A DNA stretch of 64,000 nt from Cenarchaeum sp. (GCA_963692915.1 OY843584.1:576001-640000); one strand, 5' to 3'; shown: positions 8,765 through 18,967, counted from the stretch's first letter. Notes: generated from the sequence alone by a model not told the origin. A program made the numbers and translations.

Positions 8765-9684
8765 AGCTTGTCAACCTCTAAAATCGCGTTAGCGATGGCG
8801 CGAGCTAAGAGCGGTGGAACAGAATTCCCAATTTGTTGTTCTTGTTCAGTCTTTGTTCCAGTTATGATATAACGTTGTGGAAATGTCTGTATTATCGCAC
8901 GCTCTTTTGTTGTTAATGGCCTCACGTCGTTAAGATCATTTGTTGCGTCGTTTGTGTGTGGTCTATAAGATGGGGGTATGGGTCGGTTAACTCCTCTAAT
9001 TGTGGGACTTGGCTCATCAACACTAAAAATTGCCCTTCTAGCAAATGTCCATGGATGTCGATAGTAGTATCTCGTTTTATTTTTTCCCTTTGCAATTTGT
9101 GGGTAATACTGTTTAACTGTTTTTCGGTGACGTTTTTTGTACGTGTTTATTATGGGCAACATCTCACCATCAGATCTTCCCAAATGTCCAATGAGCACAA
9201 ATCGTTTGCGTAGTTGAGGAGCACCAAAATCTGCTGAATTTAATATTAGAGGCGTTAAACCATATCCGGCATGTTTTAATGTTTTCATACTGCGCTCAAT
9301 CACAGCTTGGCCGATAGATAGTATAGTATTCACATTTTCCATTACGACCCATGTGGGTTTCACTTTTGATGCGATTTGTGAGAATATCAATGTAAGATCT
9401 GCCCGATCACCGTGACCGGTTCTCCACCCGGCCGAACTAAAATCTTGACATGGTGGTCCCCCGAATAGGATGTCGGGCTTCTCATTTTTACCAAATTCTA
9501 TGACGGTATTTTTTTTATTCATTATGTCCCCCCTGATTATTTGGGTTTGGTGATCATTGCGATTTGCTTCATACGTGTCAACAGCACAATTCCAATGATC
9601 GCCGGCCATAATTATATCTACTCCTGCATTCTCAAATCCCAGATCAAGTCCCCCGGCACCGGAAAAAAGGCTGATCGCCCTCAT
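8761..9684 (-). CDS. C5-cytosine DNA methyltransferase, M.HindV/HgiDI-like (GRCGYC by inference)
   Basis: LFSGAGG, GGPPCQDFS, MENV, QLRKR, IGNSVPP; TRD YYRHP...EPSPTIRGVNRPIP. Confidence 0.92.
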   Translation of the reverse strand: MRAISLFSGAGGLDLGFENAGVDIIMAGDHWNCAVDTYEANRNDHQTQIIRGDIMNKKNTVIEFGKNEKPDILFGGPPCQDFSSAGWRTGHGDRADLTLIFSQIASKVKPTWVVMENVNTILSIGQAVIERSMKTLKHAGYGLTPLILNSADFGAPQLRKRFVLIGHLGRSDGEMLPIINTYKKRHRKTVKQYYPQIAKGKNKTRYYYRHPWTFARRAIFSVDEPSPTIRGVNRPIPPSYRPHTNDATNDLNDVRPLTTKERAIIQTFPQRYIITGTKTEQEQQIGNSVPPLLARAIANAILEVDKL

Positions 9685-10181
9685 TTTTTACCCCCATCAC
9701 ATAAAACAGCCATGCTGTGTTTTGAGTTACAGCGTTTGGGATACTGAGCGGCATTTTGGAATTGTGGGGTGCCATACCGCTGTACGCGACAAATTGACCG
9801 AACGGCGCTCCCGGGATCTCGATGACGCGGGGGAGCGGTGTGCTCAAACATCACCGGCATTCCGAATTGATTAAATTTAAGTCCATCGCCGAGATCGGCC
9901 GTTATTCACGTGCTTGGCCGAACAAGTTAAAGGGCAGTATAGAGAAGTGTGTATTCTCGTTATTCAGCGTGAGCCTGCTCATAAACCTCACCAGAGTCAA
10001 TCTGTCCAGTGTTCTTAAGTGTCGAGCTCTTCCTTGTCTCATGGTATTTTGGCTCATGACGGGCATGCTGCCTATGCCCACGTACGTGCGCCTACCACAG
10101 GCATGTGAATTTTCGGTGCACATTTGGTCAGCACTGCGCGCATTGCTACCTCTATATGGCGAGCGCTCCTGCGCTTAGGGC

Positions 10182-10751
10182 ATGCCGGCCAAGACAGTCG
10201 ATGGCGCCGTGCGCCTGAGGCGCGCATCCCCTGGGCAGGTTCACGCGGCATCAAGGGCGCGCCGGCAGCGCGGCTATAGCTGGGAGGGCACGATATCGCG
10301 CCGCTTTAATGCGCTAGAGGACTGGAGCGCATACCGCCTCGGCTCGCCTAGCACGTCGCTGCCTGACGTTCTGGCTCTAAACCCATCCAAGAGCTCGGCG
10401 TATATCATGGAGGCAAAGTCCGGCACGACCAACCGCCTGGTCGTGCCTGTCGACCAGGTCGAGCGCTGCGTCGATTGGGCACACGTTCTTGGACCATACC
10501 AGAAGCGGAGGGTGGTCCTGGCATTCAAGTTTCTCTCCAAAAAGCGCATTGCGCGAGGCGAGTACGGGGAGAGGGAGCTGCGCGAGTACTATAAGGAGTG
10601 GGATTCTGCTGCCAGGCCAGTAGAGTGCGTGTGCCATTATGACGGCTCGACGTACGGCCGTGACGGCGGCGTGCGCGTGGATCTCGACCTGCCGGACTGT
10701 GCAGTGCCCATAGCGCGCAGGCCTCGCAGGCGCGCCTCACAAGGTATTTAG
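10182..10751 (+). CDS. Hjc-like PD-(D/E)XK resolvase/nuclease
   Basis: RGYSWE...LPDVLA...IMEAKS motif. Confidence 0.75.
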   Translation: MPAKTVDGAVRLRRASPGQVHAASRARRQRGYSWEGTISRRFNALEDWSAYRLGSPSTSLPDVLALNPSKSSAYIMEAKSGTTNRLVVPVDQVERCVDWAHVLGPYQKRRVVLAFKFLSKKRIARGEYGERELREYYKEWDSAARPVECVCHYDGSTYGRDGGVRVDLDLPDCAVPIARRPRRRASQGI

Positions 10752-10766
10752 CAAACGCGCATTGGC

Positions 10767-11336
10767 GTGCGTGCCATGGGAGATGGAGGCAGCACGGGGA
10801 GCCTGGGTCGTCTACGCTCAATTTTGGGGCGCAGCGGCGATGGTGGCGCAAAGTCACCACCCACTGAGGTTCCCCCACAGGTCAGCGAGCCTGCGAGCCC
10901 GCACGATGACGACAATGCCGCTGACAGTGCTGTTCGGTCCATACTTGATGACGGTGCGTCGCACAGGGAGCGCAATGCCGAGTTTGAGGAGTTTCTTGAC
11001 GAGCGCGTCCTCGTCAGCCGTGATGCGCTAGGGAAAAAGGAGATGAAGGTAAAGGTCATCGAGGTGACTGATGAGCACCCGCCCTCAAAGTGGAAGCTCG
11101 GCGATCGCGTAAAGGCTCGCCGCATACTGGTCACAATAAAGCACCTCGAGTCCATGAAGGTCGAGGAGGCAGAGTTTGACATCGAGGCCATCGAGGCCGA
11201 GCTTGCCGAAAAGCGCCACTATACGTCATCGAACCGGTGGATACCGACGTCTGACATCAAGAACGGCTATGTCCTAAAGACAAGGCACATGGCCCTGATC
11301 AGCGACGCAGTGGCCCTGGACTATATCGCCTTCTAG
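10767..11336 (+). CDS. Conserved hypothetical protein
   Basis: Long ORF with host-like codon use, co-oriented with neighbours. Confidence 0.7.
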   Translation: MRAMGDGGSTGSLGRLRSILGRSGDGGAKSPPTEVPPQVSEPASPHDDDNAADSAVRSILDDGASHRERNAEFEEFLDERVLVSRDALGKKEMKVKVIEVTDEHPPSKWKLGDRVKARRILVTIKHLESMKVEEAEFDIEAIEAELAEKRHYTSSNRWIPTSDIKNGYVLKTRHMALISDAVALDYIAF

Positions 11337-11440
11337 GGGAGACGCCGATCCTGCGATCACCGGTGCAATGCGCCACGTCAGGCACATGTCGGGCCACGCA
11401 TGAAAAGGGTTTTAAGGCAAGATTTTTGCGCGTTGTGCCG

Positions 11441-11740
11441 TTGATCACAAAGCAGATCATAGTCAATGGCAACACCTACGAGGTCATCCTGACAGACCAG
11501 GTCATAAGCTATGTCAACTCGCTCAAAAAGCTCTACGAGAACACCGTGTGCGAGGATCCCGAAACGTTTGAGCAGATGAGCTCCGAGATCTCGGCGACGG
11601 TGGGAGAGATAGCCACGGCGATCGACCCGCCAGCCGAGGAGGGCGACCTAGACGGGATAATCCAGGAGATTATCAGGTCAGTCGACAGCAGGGCCGCCGA
11701 GATGGAGCAGCAGCTATCAAAGAGCAAGTCCTCGCGCTAG
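11441..11740 (+). CDS. Conserved hypothetical acidic helical protein
   Basis: TTG start MITKQIIVNG; TTTTAAG box upstream. Confidence 0.7.
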   Translation: MITKQIIVNGNTYEVILTDQVISYVNSLKKLYENTVCEDPETFEQMSSEISATVGEIATAIDPPAEEGDLDGIIQEIIRSVDSRAAEMEQQLSKSKSSR

Positions 11741-11795
11741 GACGCGCGTGTGGCGCAGCAACAAGTTATAACCCTCTGTCACTTCCATGCGTACG

Positions 11796-11924
11796 ATGAG
11801 CAGGGGATGCGAGTGTGGGATATGCGGGCACTTTTCAGAGGACGAGTGCCTCGAGAAGGAGTGCAAGTGCTGCTCCAACTTTCACGTAAGGTCAGGATCG
11901 CGCCAGGTTGCGCCGCCGGCCTAG
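11796..11924 (+). CDS. Small Cys-rich, metallothionein-like protein (42 aa)
   Basis: MSRGCECGICGHFSEDECLEKECKCCSNFHV...: 7 Cys, 2 His; TTATAA box at ~11766. Confidence 0.7.
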   Translation: MSRGCECGICGHFSEDECLEKECKCCSNFHVRSGSRQVAPPA

Positions 11925-12017
11925 CCTTTAGTGGCGCAGCCGCACCGCCTTGCCGCATGGCGGTGGCATCCAATGATCCAGTGATCGGCACATCCGCAAA
12001 GGATGCACTTTTTCTGC

Positions 12018-12389
12018 CTAGCCATCGGCAACATCCCGCAGTAACCCAATAAATCCCCTGTCCTCAAGTGACTCGACAATCTTTAGCGCAATGGCGCGCG
12101 TGCGTGCGGGATCGCCGGCATACGTCTCGGCGATGAGGTCCAGTTCGCGAGAGAACGAGTATCCCGAGGTGTACCTGCCCGCGTGCGCACGAAGCGAGGT
12201 CGTCGTGTCCCCTGCGCTCCTGTCTGCTGCAAGCGACTCGAGGAGTGCGGCCATTGCCGCACAGATGTGATCCCACTCTGCAGCTACGCCATGCACGCCT
12301 GCCTTTGCATAGTTCATGCCAAGGAGCGCATCGTGCGCCCGCACGGCGTCGGCTGCTGCGGCAACTGTGCCCTCGCTAATGACAGACAT
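12018..12389 (-). CDS. Hypothetical protein
   Basis: ORF divergent from thrC with a shared TTTAAA box; start trimmed to MSVISEG. Confidence 0.65.
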   Translation of the reverse strand: MSVISEGTVAAAADAVRAHDALLGMNYAKAGVHGVAAEWDHICAAMAALLESLAADRSAGDTTTSLRAHAGRYTSGYSFSRELDLIAETYAGDPARTRAIALKIVESLEDRGFIGLLRDVADG

Positions 12390-12471
12390 CGCCGCAACGT
12401 CATTCTGATGCCCTAAAAAGTCTGGTGCCCACGAACTCTTTAAATTGTCGTTCTTGCCCGCGTGCGCCCAG

Positions 12472-13809
12472 ATGTCGCAAGGCGCACGATTAAGGTGCAT
12501 TGACGGCGCATGTGCGCTAGAGTATCCGATCAACACAGTGGGCGTGAGCTGCGAGAACGGTCACCTCCTTGATGTCGTGTATGACAGCACGCCCCCAAAG
12601 TCCCTAAAGGAGTCGTTTCTGCACCGGCGCGATCATGGGGGGAGCATATTCAACGAGAGCGGCGTGTGGAGGTTTCGCGAGCTGATCAACTTTTGCCAGA
12701 TAGACACCGAGGACGATGCGGCGTGCGCGCATGCGCTAGTCTCCCTTGACGGGGCCGAGGGCAGGCAGTCGCGCCCGTACCGCATGTCCAGGGTCGCCGA
12801 GTTTGCGCGCATGGATTCTGAACGCCTGCTCCTGCAGCCAGAGGGGTACAACCCGAGCGGCTCATTCAAGGACAACGGCATGGCCACAGCCGTCACGCAC
12901 GCAAGGATGGTCGGCGCATCAAAGATTGTCTGCGCGTCGACTGGAAACACGTCTGCATCGGCAGGCATGTTTGCGGCCAATGAGGGGATGGAGTGTGACG
13001 TGTACATACCCCGCGGCAAGATTGCGCCAGGCAAGCTGGGGCAGGCATACCAGTTTGGTGCGCAGATTGTGGAGGTGGACGGCAACTTTGATGATGCGTT
13101 GCGCGGCTCACTTGAGGCCGTAAGCGACGGCAGTGGATACACCGTAAACTCGATCAACCCGTTTCGCATAGAGGGCCAAAAGACAATACCGTACAGGATA
13201 CTTGAGCATCTGGGGTGGGAGGCGCCTGACTGGATCGTCTATCCCGGAGGCGCGCTTGGCAACACGTCAAGCTGCGGCAAGGCGCTCCATGAGCTTCGCT
13301 CGTGGGGATGGATAAAAAAGATGCCGCGAATTGCCGTGATCAACGCAGAGGGCGCAAGCACGCTGTCTGACATGTATAACGGTGCAAACGGCGAGGAGGA
13401 GCTACGATGGAACTCTGGCAGGCCAAACATGGGAATCATAGAGCGGCACTATGCCGCACTTGATGCGTCAGGCAGCGTGCCAAAAACCCGCGCGACTGCA
13501 ATACAGATAGGGCGTCCGGCAAACCTGCTAAAGGCACTGAGGGCACTTGAGCTTAGCGACGGGCACGTCACCATGGTCAGCGACGCCGAGATGCTCGATG
13601 GCATGTCAGTAGTCGGCCTTAACGGGTTTGACTGTGAGATGGCATCTGGCGCGTCGATCGCCGGAATTCGCAAGCTTGTCGACGAGGGCATAATGCGCCG
13701 CGATGACACCGTCGTGGGAATACTCACCGGAAGGCAAAAGGATCCAACCATGCCAGTAGAGTACCACGCAGACCCCGCAAACCGGTTTGCGCGGCCACCG
13801 CGAGCATGA
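12472..13809 (+). CDS. thrC: Threonine synthase
   Basis: NPSGSFKD, CASTGNTSAS, NSINPFRIEGQKT, PGGALGN. Confidence 0.92.
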   Translation: MSQGARLRCIDGACALEYPINTVGVSCENGHLLDVVYDSTPPKSLKESFLHRRDHGGSIFNESGVWRFRELINFCQIDTEDDAACAHALVSLDGAEGRQSRPYRMSRVAEFARMDSERLLLQPEGYNPSGSFKDNGMATAVTHARMVGASKIVCASTGNTSASAGMFAANEGMECDVYIPRGKIAPGKLGQAYQFGAQIVEVDGNFDDALRGSLEAVSDGSGYTVNSINPFRIEGQKTIPYRILEHLGWEAPDWIVYPGGALGNTSSCGKALHELRSWGWIKKMPRIAVINAEGASTLSDMYNGANGEEELRWNSGRPNMGIIERHYAALDASGSVPKTRATAIQIGRPANLLKALRALELSDGHVTMVSDAEMLDGMSVVGLNGFDCEMASGASIAGIRKLVDEGIMRRDDTVVGILTGRQKDPTMPVEYHADPANRFARPPRA

Positions 13810-13865
13810 TGTCGCAGACGGGCCGCTCACCACGGCTAAATAGTGGCAATGTGCGCAAATCACGC

Positions 13866-14834
13866 ATGGCCAAGCCCACCGTAGTCGAGCTTTTTGCCGG
13901 CGCCGGCGGCATGGCCCTGGGCCTCCACAGAGCCGGCTTTGAGGTCGTATCCCTAGTCGAGAACGACAAGGACTGTATAGCAACGCTGAGGAAAAACCGC
14001 CCACGCTGGAACGTCATCGGAGACGACATTGCAAATGTGAAGTTTAGGGGAGTGCGCGCCGACATCGTGACCGGCGGGTTCCCGTGCCAGTCGTTCAGCC
14101 ATGCAGGAAACAAGCTCGGATTTGCAGATATGCGTGGGACGCTATTCTACGAGTTCGCCAGGGCAGTAAAGCAGATCAGACCGCGCGCATTTCTGGCCGA
14201 GAACGTCGAGGCGATCATACGTAATGATGGTGGCAAGACGCTTGAGACCATACTGCGCATCCTGGAATCCCTCGGGTATGACGTCAAATACCAGACGCTT
14301 AACGCGCTGAATTACCGCGTGCCACAAAAGCGCAAGAGGGTCATATTTGTCGGCGTGCGACGCGGGATGACCTTTGAGTTTCCGCGCTCACGTGGTGGGG
14401 TGGTCACGCTTCGCGAGGCGCTTCGCAAAACCCCGCGATCGGCGGGAACGACCTACTCGGTGAGGCGCAGGAAGATACTCGACAGGGTTCCGCCAGGCGG
14501 CTCATGGGTGAATCTGCCCGTCAGGTTTCAAAAGGCATACCTTGGCAAAAGCATAAACTCCGAGGGCGGAAAGCGCGGAATGGCTAGGCGTCTGTCCTGG
14601 GACGAGCCATGCCTGACGCTCACATGCTCGCCTTGTCAAAAGATGACTGACAGGATTCACCCTGACGAAACGCGCCCGTTCACCATCAGGGAGTATGCAC
14701 GCATCCAGACGTTTCGAGACACCTGGAAGTTTGAGGGCAGCGTGTCATCACAGTACCGGCAGATAGGCAACGCGGTTCCAGTAAAGCTCGCCTTTGCGCT
14801 TGGCAGATCCCTGCGCAAGGCGCTCGAGTTGTAG
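13866..14834 (+). CDS. C5-cytosine DNA methyltransferase, M.Sau96I/Eco47II-like (GGNCC by inference)
   Basis: LFAGAGG, GGFPCQSFS, AENV, QKRKR, GMARRLSWDEPCLTLTCSP, IGNAVP. Confidence 0.93.
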   Translation: MAKPTVVELFAGAGGMALGLHRAGFEVVSLVENDKDCIATLRKNRPRWNVIGDDIANVKFRGVRADIVTGGFPCQSFSHAGNKLGFADMRGTLFYEFARAVKQIRPRAFLAENVEAIIRNDGGKTLETILRILESLGYDVKYQTLNALNYRVPQKRKRVIFVGVRRGMTFEFPRSRGGVVTLREALRKTPRSAGTTYSVRRRKILDRVPPGGSWVNLPVRFQKAYLGKSINSEGGKRGMARRLSWDEPCLTLTCSPCQKMTDRIHPDETRPFTIREYARIQTFRDTWKFEGSVSSQYRQIGNAVPVKLAFALGRSLRKALEL

Positions 14835-14850
14835 TACGGGGCACACAACA

Positions 14851-15546
14851 CTAGGGCTCAAATGCCCTCTTGAACCATTCATAAACTCTTACATTTTCCA
14901 TTTCGTCAAACGCCCTGGACTTTTCGACAACATCTGCAATGGCTCTTGGGAGCGCTCTCCATGTTTCTTTGAGCGTCTCATCATCGCCGGTCACAAGACC
15001 ATAGACCTTTTTGCCCCACACTCGCTTTATGTACGGGTTGCTGCTATTGTTATACTTCCACATTTTAATCCCCGAGGTTCCATTTTTTGGAATTATGTAT
15101 GCTAAATAGCACGTGGCTGAATTAAATCTCTTTGATATGTCCAGTAGATTGGCATGTATCTGTTTTCTGCTGTTTGAATTGAGCGTATTGTGTTTGTTTT
15201 TTAGTTCAATAAATACACTATTGTCATTTTTGGCTAGATCGATCTTGACGTGTTGTTCCGATACGGCCTGGCGCCATCCGTCCACCCCTCCGAGCAGCTC
15301 TTGATGAAATAGTCCCACTGCACTGTTTACTGCCTTGTCATTTCTTCTCCTAATGTCGTTTCTTTCCCACATGTCTAGCGTCATGCCCGAGTTTACCGTG
15401 TCAAACACCAGCTTGAACGGGTCAACGACGTTTTCGCGCTGTTTGTCAACCCCGGGTTTTCCCAGGTTTTCGTATTTGTCACATAGCTTTTTGACGCACT
15501 CCCTGAAATGCCGATCACTGACAAAGCCCACATACTCGTTTTTCAA
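14851..15546 (-). CDS. Eco47II-family type II restriction endonuclease
   Basis: DPFKLVFD, N-x-VG-x-FHQ, ELKNKHNTLN, YGLVTGD; convergent with the MTase; AT-rich. Confidence 0.85.
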   Translation of the reverse strand: MKNEYVGFVSDRHFRECVKKLCDKYENLGKPGVDKQRENVVDPFKLVFDTVNSGMTLDMWERNDIRRRNDKAVNSAVGLFHQELLGGVDGWRQAVSEQHVKIDLAKNDNSVFIELKNKHNTLNSNSRKQIHANLLDISKRFNSATCYLAYIIPKNGTSGIKMWKYNNSSNPYIKRVWGKKVYGLVTGDDETLKETWRALPRAIADVVEKSRAFDEMENVRVYEWFKRAFEP

Positions 15547-15825
15547 TGCTAGAAATAGGGCGGGTCATGTATTAAAATCTTGTTTTGGCGCACAGCATTG
15601 ACGCAACGTGTGATCCTGAACCGGCAATGTCTGACCCTCCTGCAAAATGGCCGTCAAGTTGCGCGAGTCGATTCGGGGGTTTTTGGGCTGTCCCCGGATG
15701 CGCACGCGTGCGCTAACCTGAAGCCTTAAAGCCGGGACTGGCATTGCCTCTGCCATCAAGATATGCACGGTGACTTGTCACAGGCATGAGCACGGCATTG
15801 CGCCGAGAGGCAGCGTGAGGGACAC

Positions 15826-17079
15826 ATGGTAAACCTCTGGCTAGACATACCACTACTCGCCACGCTCATAGCCCTCTCGGGGTTCTTTAGCGGCCTCGAA
15901 GTCGCCCTTGTGGGCACGCGCCACTCAAGGACGCTCCAGTTTGTAAAGGAGGAACGCAAGGGCTCAGGCGCGCTCCACAAGCTAAAGTCAAACCCCGGCT
16001 GGATGATGGCTAGCGTAAATCTCGGCAACAACGTCGTCAATGTCGGCGCGTCGGCCCTGGCCACAAGCGTTGCGATAGAGATGTTTGGCGACAGCGGCCT
16101 CGGCATAGCCATTGGCATGATGACGTTTCTCATACTAGTGTTCGGCGAGATCACCCCAAAGACGTACTGTAACGCAAACGCCGACAAGATTGCGCTCCGC
16201 TTTGCGCCGATACTCCTTGCGTTCAGCTATGCGACATGGCCGATTGTCAAGATATTCGAGGTGATCACGCGCGGTGTGGTAAAGTTGACTGGAAGCAGCT
16301 ATCTCCCGCCACCGATCACAGAGAAGGAGATAGAGCATGTCATAGACCAGGGCATGGCAGAAAAGGCACTAGAGCGCGAAGAGCACGCACTGGTTCGCGG
16401 TGCGCTGAGCTTTGATGACATTGATGTCCACAGTGTCATGACGCCGCGCACGAAAATGTTTGCGCTACCAGGCCGCATGCTGCTCTTTGATGCGCTTCCG
16501 CAAATAAACGAGTCAGGCCACTCGCGCATCCCCACATACGGCAGGGACATTGATGACATTACGGGCTTTGTCCATGTAAAGGACATTTTGCGCGAGCTAG
16601 AGCATGACCGGCGCGAGAGCACCCTTGAGATGATCGCCAGAAAACCCGTCTTTGCATCACGTGAAAAGACCGTGAGGTCACTGCTTGATGAGATGAAGGG
16701 TCGCAAGGTCCATCTCTCGATGGTCATAGACGAGCATGGTGGCGTAGAGGGCCTTGTCACGTTTGAGGACCTCATAGAGGAGATAGTCGGCGAGGTCGAG
16801 GACGAGGGCGACAGGGGAGAACAGCCACAGTACACGTCCGTTGATCGCGACACGATAATTGTCAACGGTGACATCGAGATGGGCCGCGTCGGCAAGATAC
16901 TCAGGGTCAGCGTGGCCGATGTCGACACGCACTCTACGCTCAACGGCCTCCTCCACGAGCGCCTAAAGGACATACCGCGCGAGGGCGACAAGGTCGAGCT
17001 TGACGGCGTGCGCATTGTAGTCGAAAAGGTCACAAACAACCGCTCCGAGCGCGTCAGGATTGAGCGGCTTCGCGACTAA
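15826..17079 (+). CDS. CNNM/CorC (hemolysin-family) CBS-domain Mg2+/Co2+ transport protein
   Basis: SGFFSGLEVA, FGEITPK, VMTPR, HSRIP, DEHGGVEGLVTFEDLIEEIVGE. Confidence 0.92.
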   Translation: MVNLWLDIPLLATLIALSGFFSGLEVALVGTRHSRTLQFVKEERKGSGALHKLKSNPGWMMASVNLGNNVVNVGASALATSVAIEMFGDSGLGIAIGMMTFLILVFGEITPKTYCNANADKIALRFAPILLAFSYATWPIVKIFEVITRGVVKLTGSSYLPPPITEKEIEHVIDQGMAEKALEREEHALVRGALSFDDIDVHSVMTPRTKMFALPGRMLLFDALPQINESGHSRIPTYGRDIDDITGFVHVKDILRELEHDRRESTLEMIARKPVFASREKTVRSLLDEMKGRKVHLSMVIDEHGGVEGLVTFEDLIEEIVGEVEDEGDRGEQPQYTSVDRDTIIVNGDIEMGRVGKILRVSVADVDTHSTLNGLLHERLKDIPREGDKVELDGVRIVVEKVTNNRSERVRIERLRD

Positions 17080-18106
17080 AGTGCGCCTCGAGTGCGGCCT
17101 TTTTCTGCGCGAGGCCAAAGAGTGACTCTGTGCGGGCTTGTGCCTCAGCATATGGCCTCGCAAAGAGCATCGCCTGCATGAGCATGTGGTTCTCTGGTAT
17201 GACAATGCCGGTCTGGTCGTCCGAGTAGACGAGCTGCACGGTGTCGCCACGGCTGGCCGTCATCTCGGCGTGCACGTGAACCATGTTTGTGTCGGCTAGC
17301 GCGTCTGAAGAGCCTGCAAACTCGCGAATCTCCAGCGTGCCGCGCGCGCCCCATAGCGTGGCCACTGCGGCCTCGCCGGCTAGCGCAGCGTGAACGGCAT
17401 CGACTGTCGGCGCGTCTCCGGAGAAGCGCGCATCAAGTATGTGGACGTGCATCTGTCGTGTCGGAACCTTGACTGCCCTGACGTGTATCGGGATATCATC
17501 GCCCATGTGCGCCTTTACGTCCTCACCATGGTGCGGCGAGGATGTCATCTCTATCGTGTCCGGAATGTCAGTATGCTGCTCCATGTCAGCCCAGCGTCGG
17601 ATGAGCGTAATGTCAACTCGCACAAGCCTGCCCCCAAAGGCCTCGCCTAGCGGCCGTGTCACCTTGCCGATGCCCGTGACGTTACAGCTACCTTGCATCA
17701 CGTGAGTCTTTCCAATGGCTGCCGCATAGTTTGTGCGCGAGCTAAACAGCGTGTCCGAGACGGCACGCTTGCCGTATATCGTCTCGCCTCCCTGGTATAT
17801 CGCCATTATGCCGCGCGGCCCATACAGCGACACCTTGTTCTTGTTGCCCACGCCTCCCGGCGTGCAGTCTATGACAAGGTCACACGAGTCCAGGGCAGAC
17901 TCTATGCTTCCGCCTATTGCGGCGTCATCAAACTCGACCATCTTTGCCTCGGGGACATACACGGTGTGGCCGTCGGCAATGGCAGCCTCGATGCCGCGCG
18001 GTGTCGCCTTGCCGACTCCGACAAGCTCGATCTCGTCATCGCGGGCCACAAAGGCCGCAATCCTGCGCCCGATCGAGCCATACCCGTTGACAAACACGCG
18101 CTTCAT
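17054..18106 (-). CDS. gap: Archaeal type II glyceraldehyde-3-phosphate dehydrogenase
   Basis: VNGYGSIGRR, DCTPGG, YQGGE, SCNVTG, VIPEN. Confidence 0.9.
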   Translation of the reverse strand: MKRVFVNGYGSIGRRIAAFVARDDEIELVGVGKATPRGIEAAIADGHTVYVPEAKMVEFDDAAIGGSIESALDSCDLVIDCTPGGVGNKNKVSLYGPRGIMAIYQGGETIYGKRAVSDTLFSSRTNYAAAIGKTHVMQGSCNVTGIGKVTRPLGEAFGGRLVRVDITLIRRWADMEQHTDIPDTIEMTSSPHHGEDVKAHMGDDIPIHVRAVKVPTRQMHVHILDARFSGDAPTVDAVHAALAGEAAVATLWGARGTLEIREFAGSSDALADTNMVHVHAEMTASRGDTVQLVYSDDQTGIVIPENHMLMQAMLFARPYAEAQARTESLFGLAQKKAALEAHFSREAAQS

Positions 18107-18179
18107 TGGCGCGTGGCCCATTGCACACACAATATTAGTGGTGCAGGTTAAAATAGCGCTGCCGTGCGCCTTGCGCACG

Positions 18180-18905
18180 TTGAAAGTCGAGATCAGCCTG
18201 CCGTCAATGGGAATTGGAGCCGCAATAGCCGTTGCGGCCATCCTGGCACCGCTCTATGCGCTAGAGGTCACGACGCCCGAGCCGGCTCTGCGGGCCCCGC
18301 TTGGCATACCCACCACCGATGTCCTCGATCCCCCGCCAGCCGAGCCCACGCCAGAGCTCCTCCTGGCAAACGCCTCGCCCTTTCTTGGCGACGAGCGCGC
18401 CCCCGTCACGCTAATCGAGTTTGGCGATTATCAGTGCGCGTTCTGCCACAGGCACTTTGAGCGCACAGAGCCGACGATCGTCTCAGAATATGTCGAGACT
18501 GGCAAGGTTCGCATGCTCTTCAAGGACTTTGTGGTCATAGGACCAGACTCGGTCACTGCCGCGCGCGCGGCCCACTGCGCCGGAGACCAGGGCCTCTTTT
18601 GGGAGTTCCATGACGCGATATACCATGCGTACAATGGAGAGCGCACGGGCTGGGCATCCCTTGATGGCATGCGCGCAATCGCCTCTGGCGTCGATGGCCT
18701 CGACGAGTCGGCATGGGGTGCGTGCATGGCAGCCGGCACACACACTGACGTGATAAACGCGAGCAGGGCTGACGCTCAGGCACTCGGGCTCAACGGCACA
18801 CCGGCGTTCTATGTCATCGGTGCTGACGGTGATGTCTACCTCATGCGTGGCGCCAAGCCGCTCTCCGAGTTTACAAGCGTTCTTGATCGCGCAATTTCGG
18901 GCTAG
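18180..18905 (+). CDS. DsbA-family thiol-disulfide oxidoreductase
   Basis: N-terminal TM, EFGDYQCAFC, GTPAF. Confidence 0.9.
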   Translation: MKVEISLPSMGIGAAIAVAAILAPLYALEVTTPEPALRAPLGIPTTDVLDPPPAEPTPELLLANASPFLGDERAPVTLIEFGDYQCAFCHRHFERTEPTIVSEYVETGKVRMLFKDFVVIGPDSVTAARAAHCAGDQGLFWEFHDAIYHAYNGERTGWASLDGMRAIASGVDGLDESAWGACMAAGTHTDVINASRADAQALGLNGTPAFYVIGADGDVYLMRGAKPLSEFTSVLDRAISG

Positions 18906-18967
18906 GCGTGTGCAGGATATAAAGGCGTGACATATCCTTATAAGCAATAGGCATGGCGCTCTTTGCC

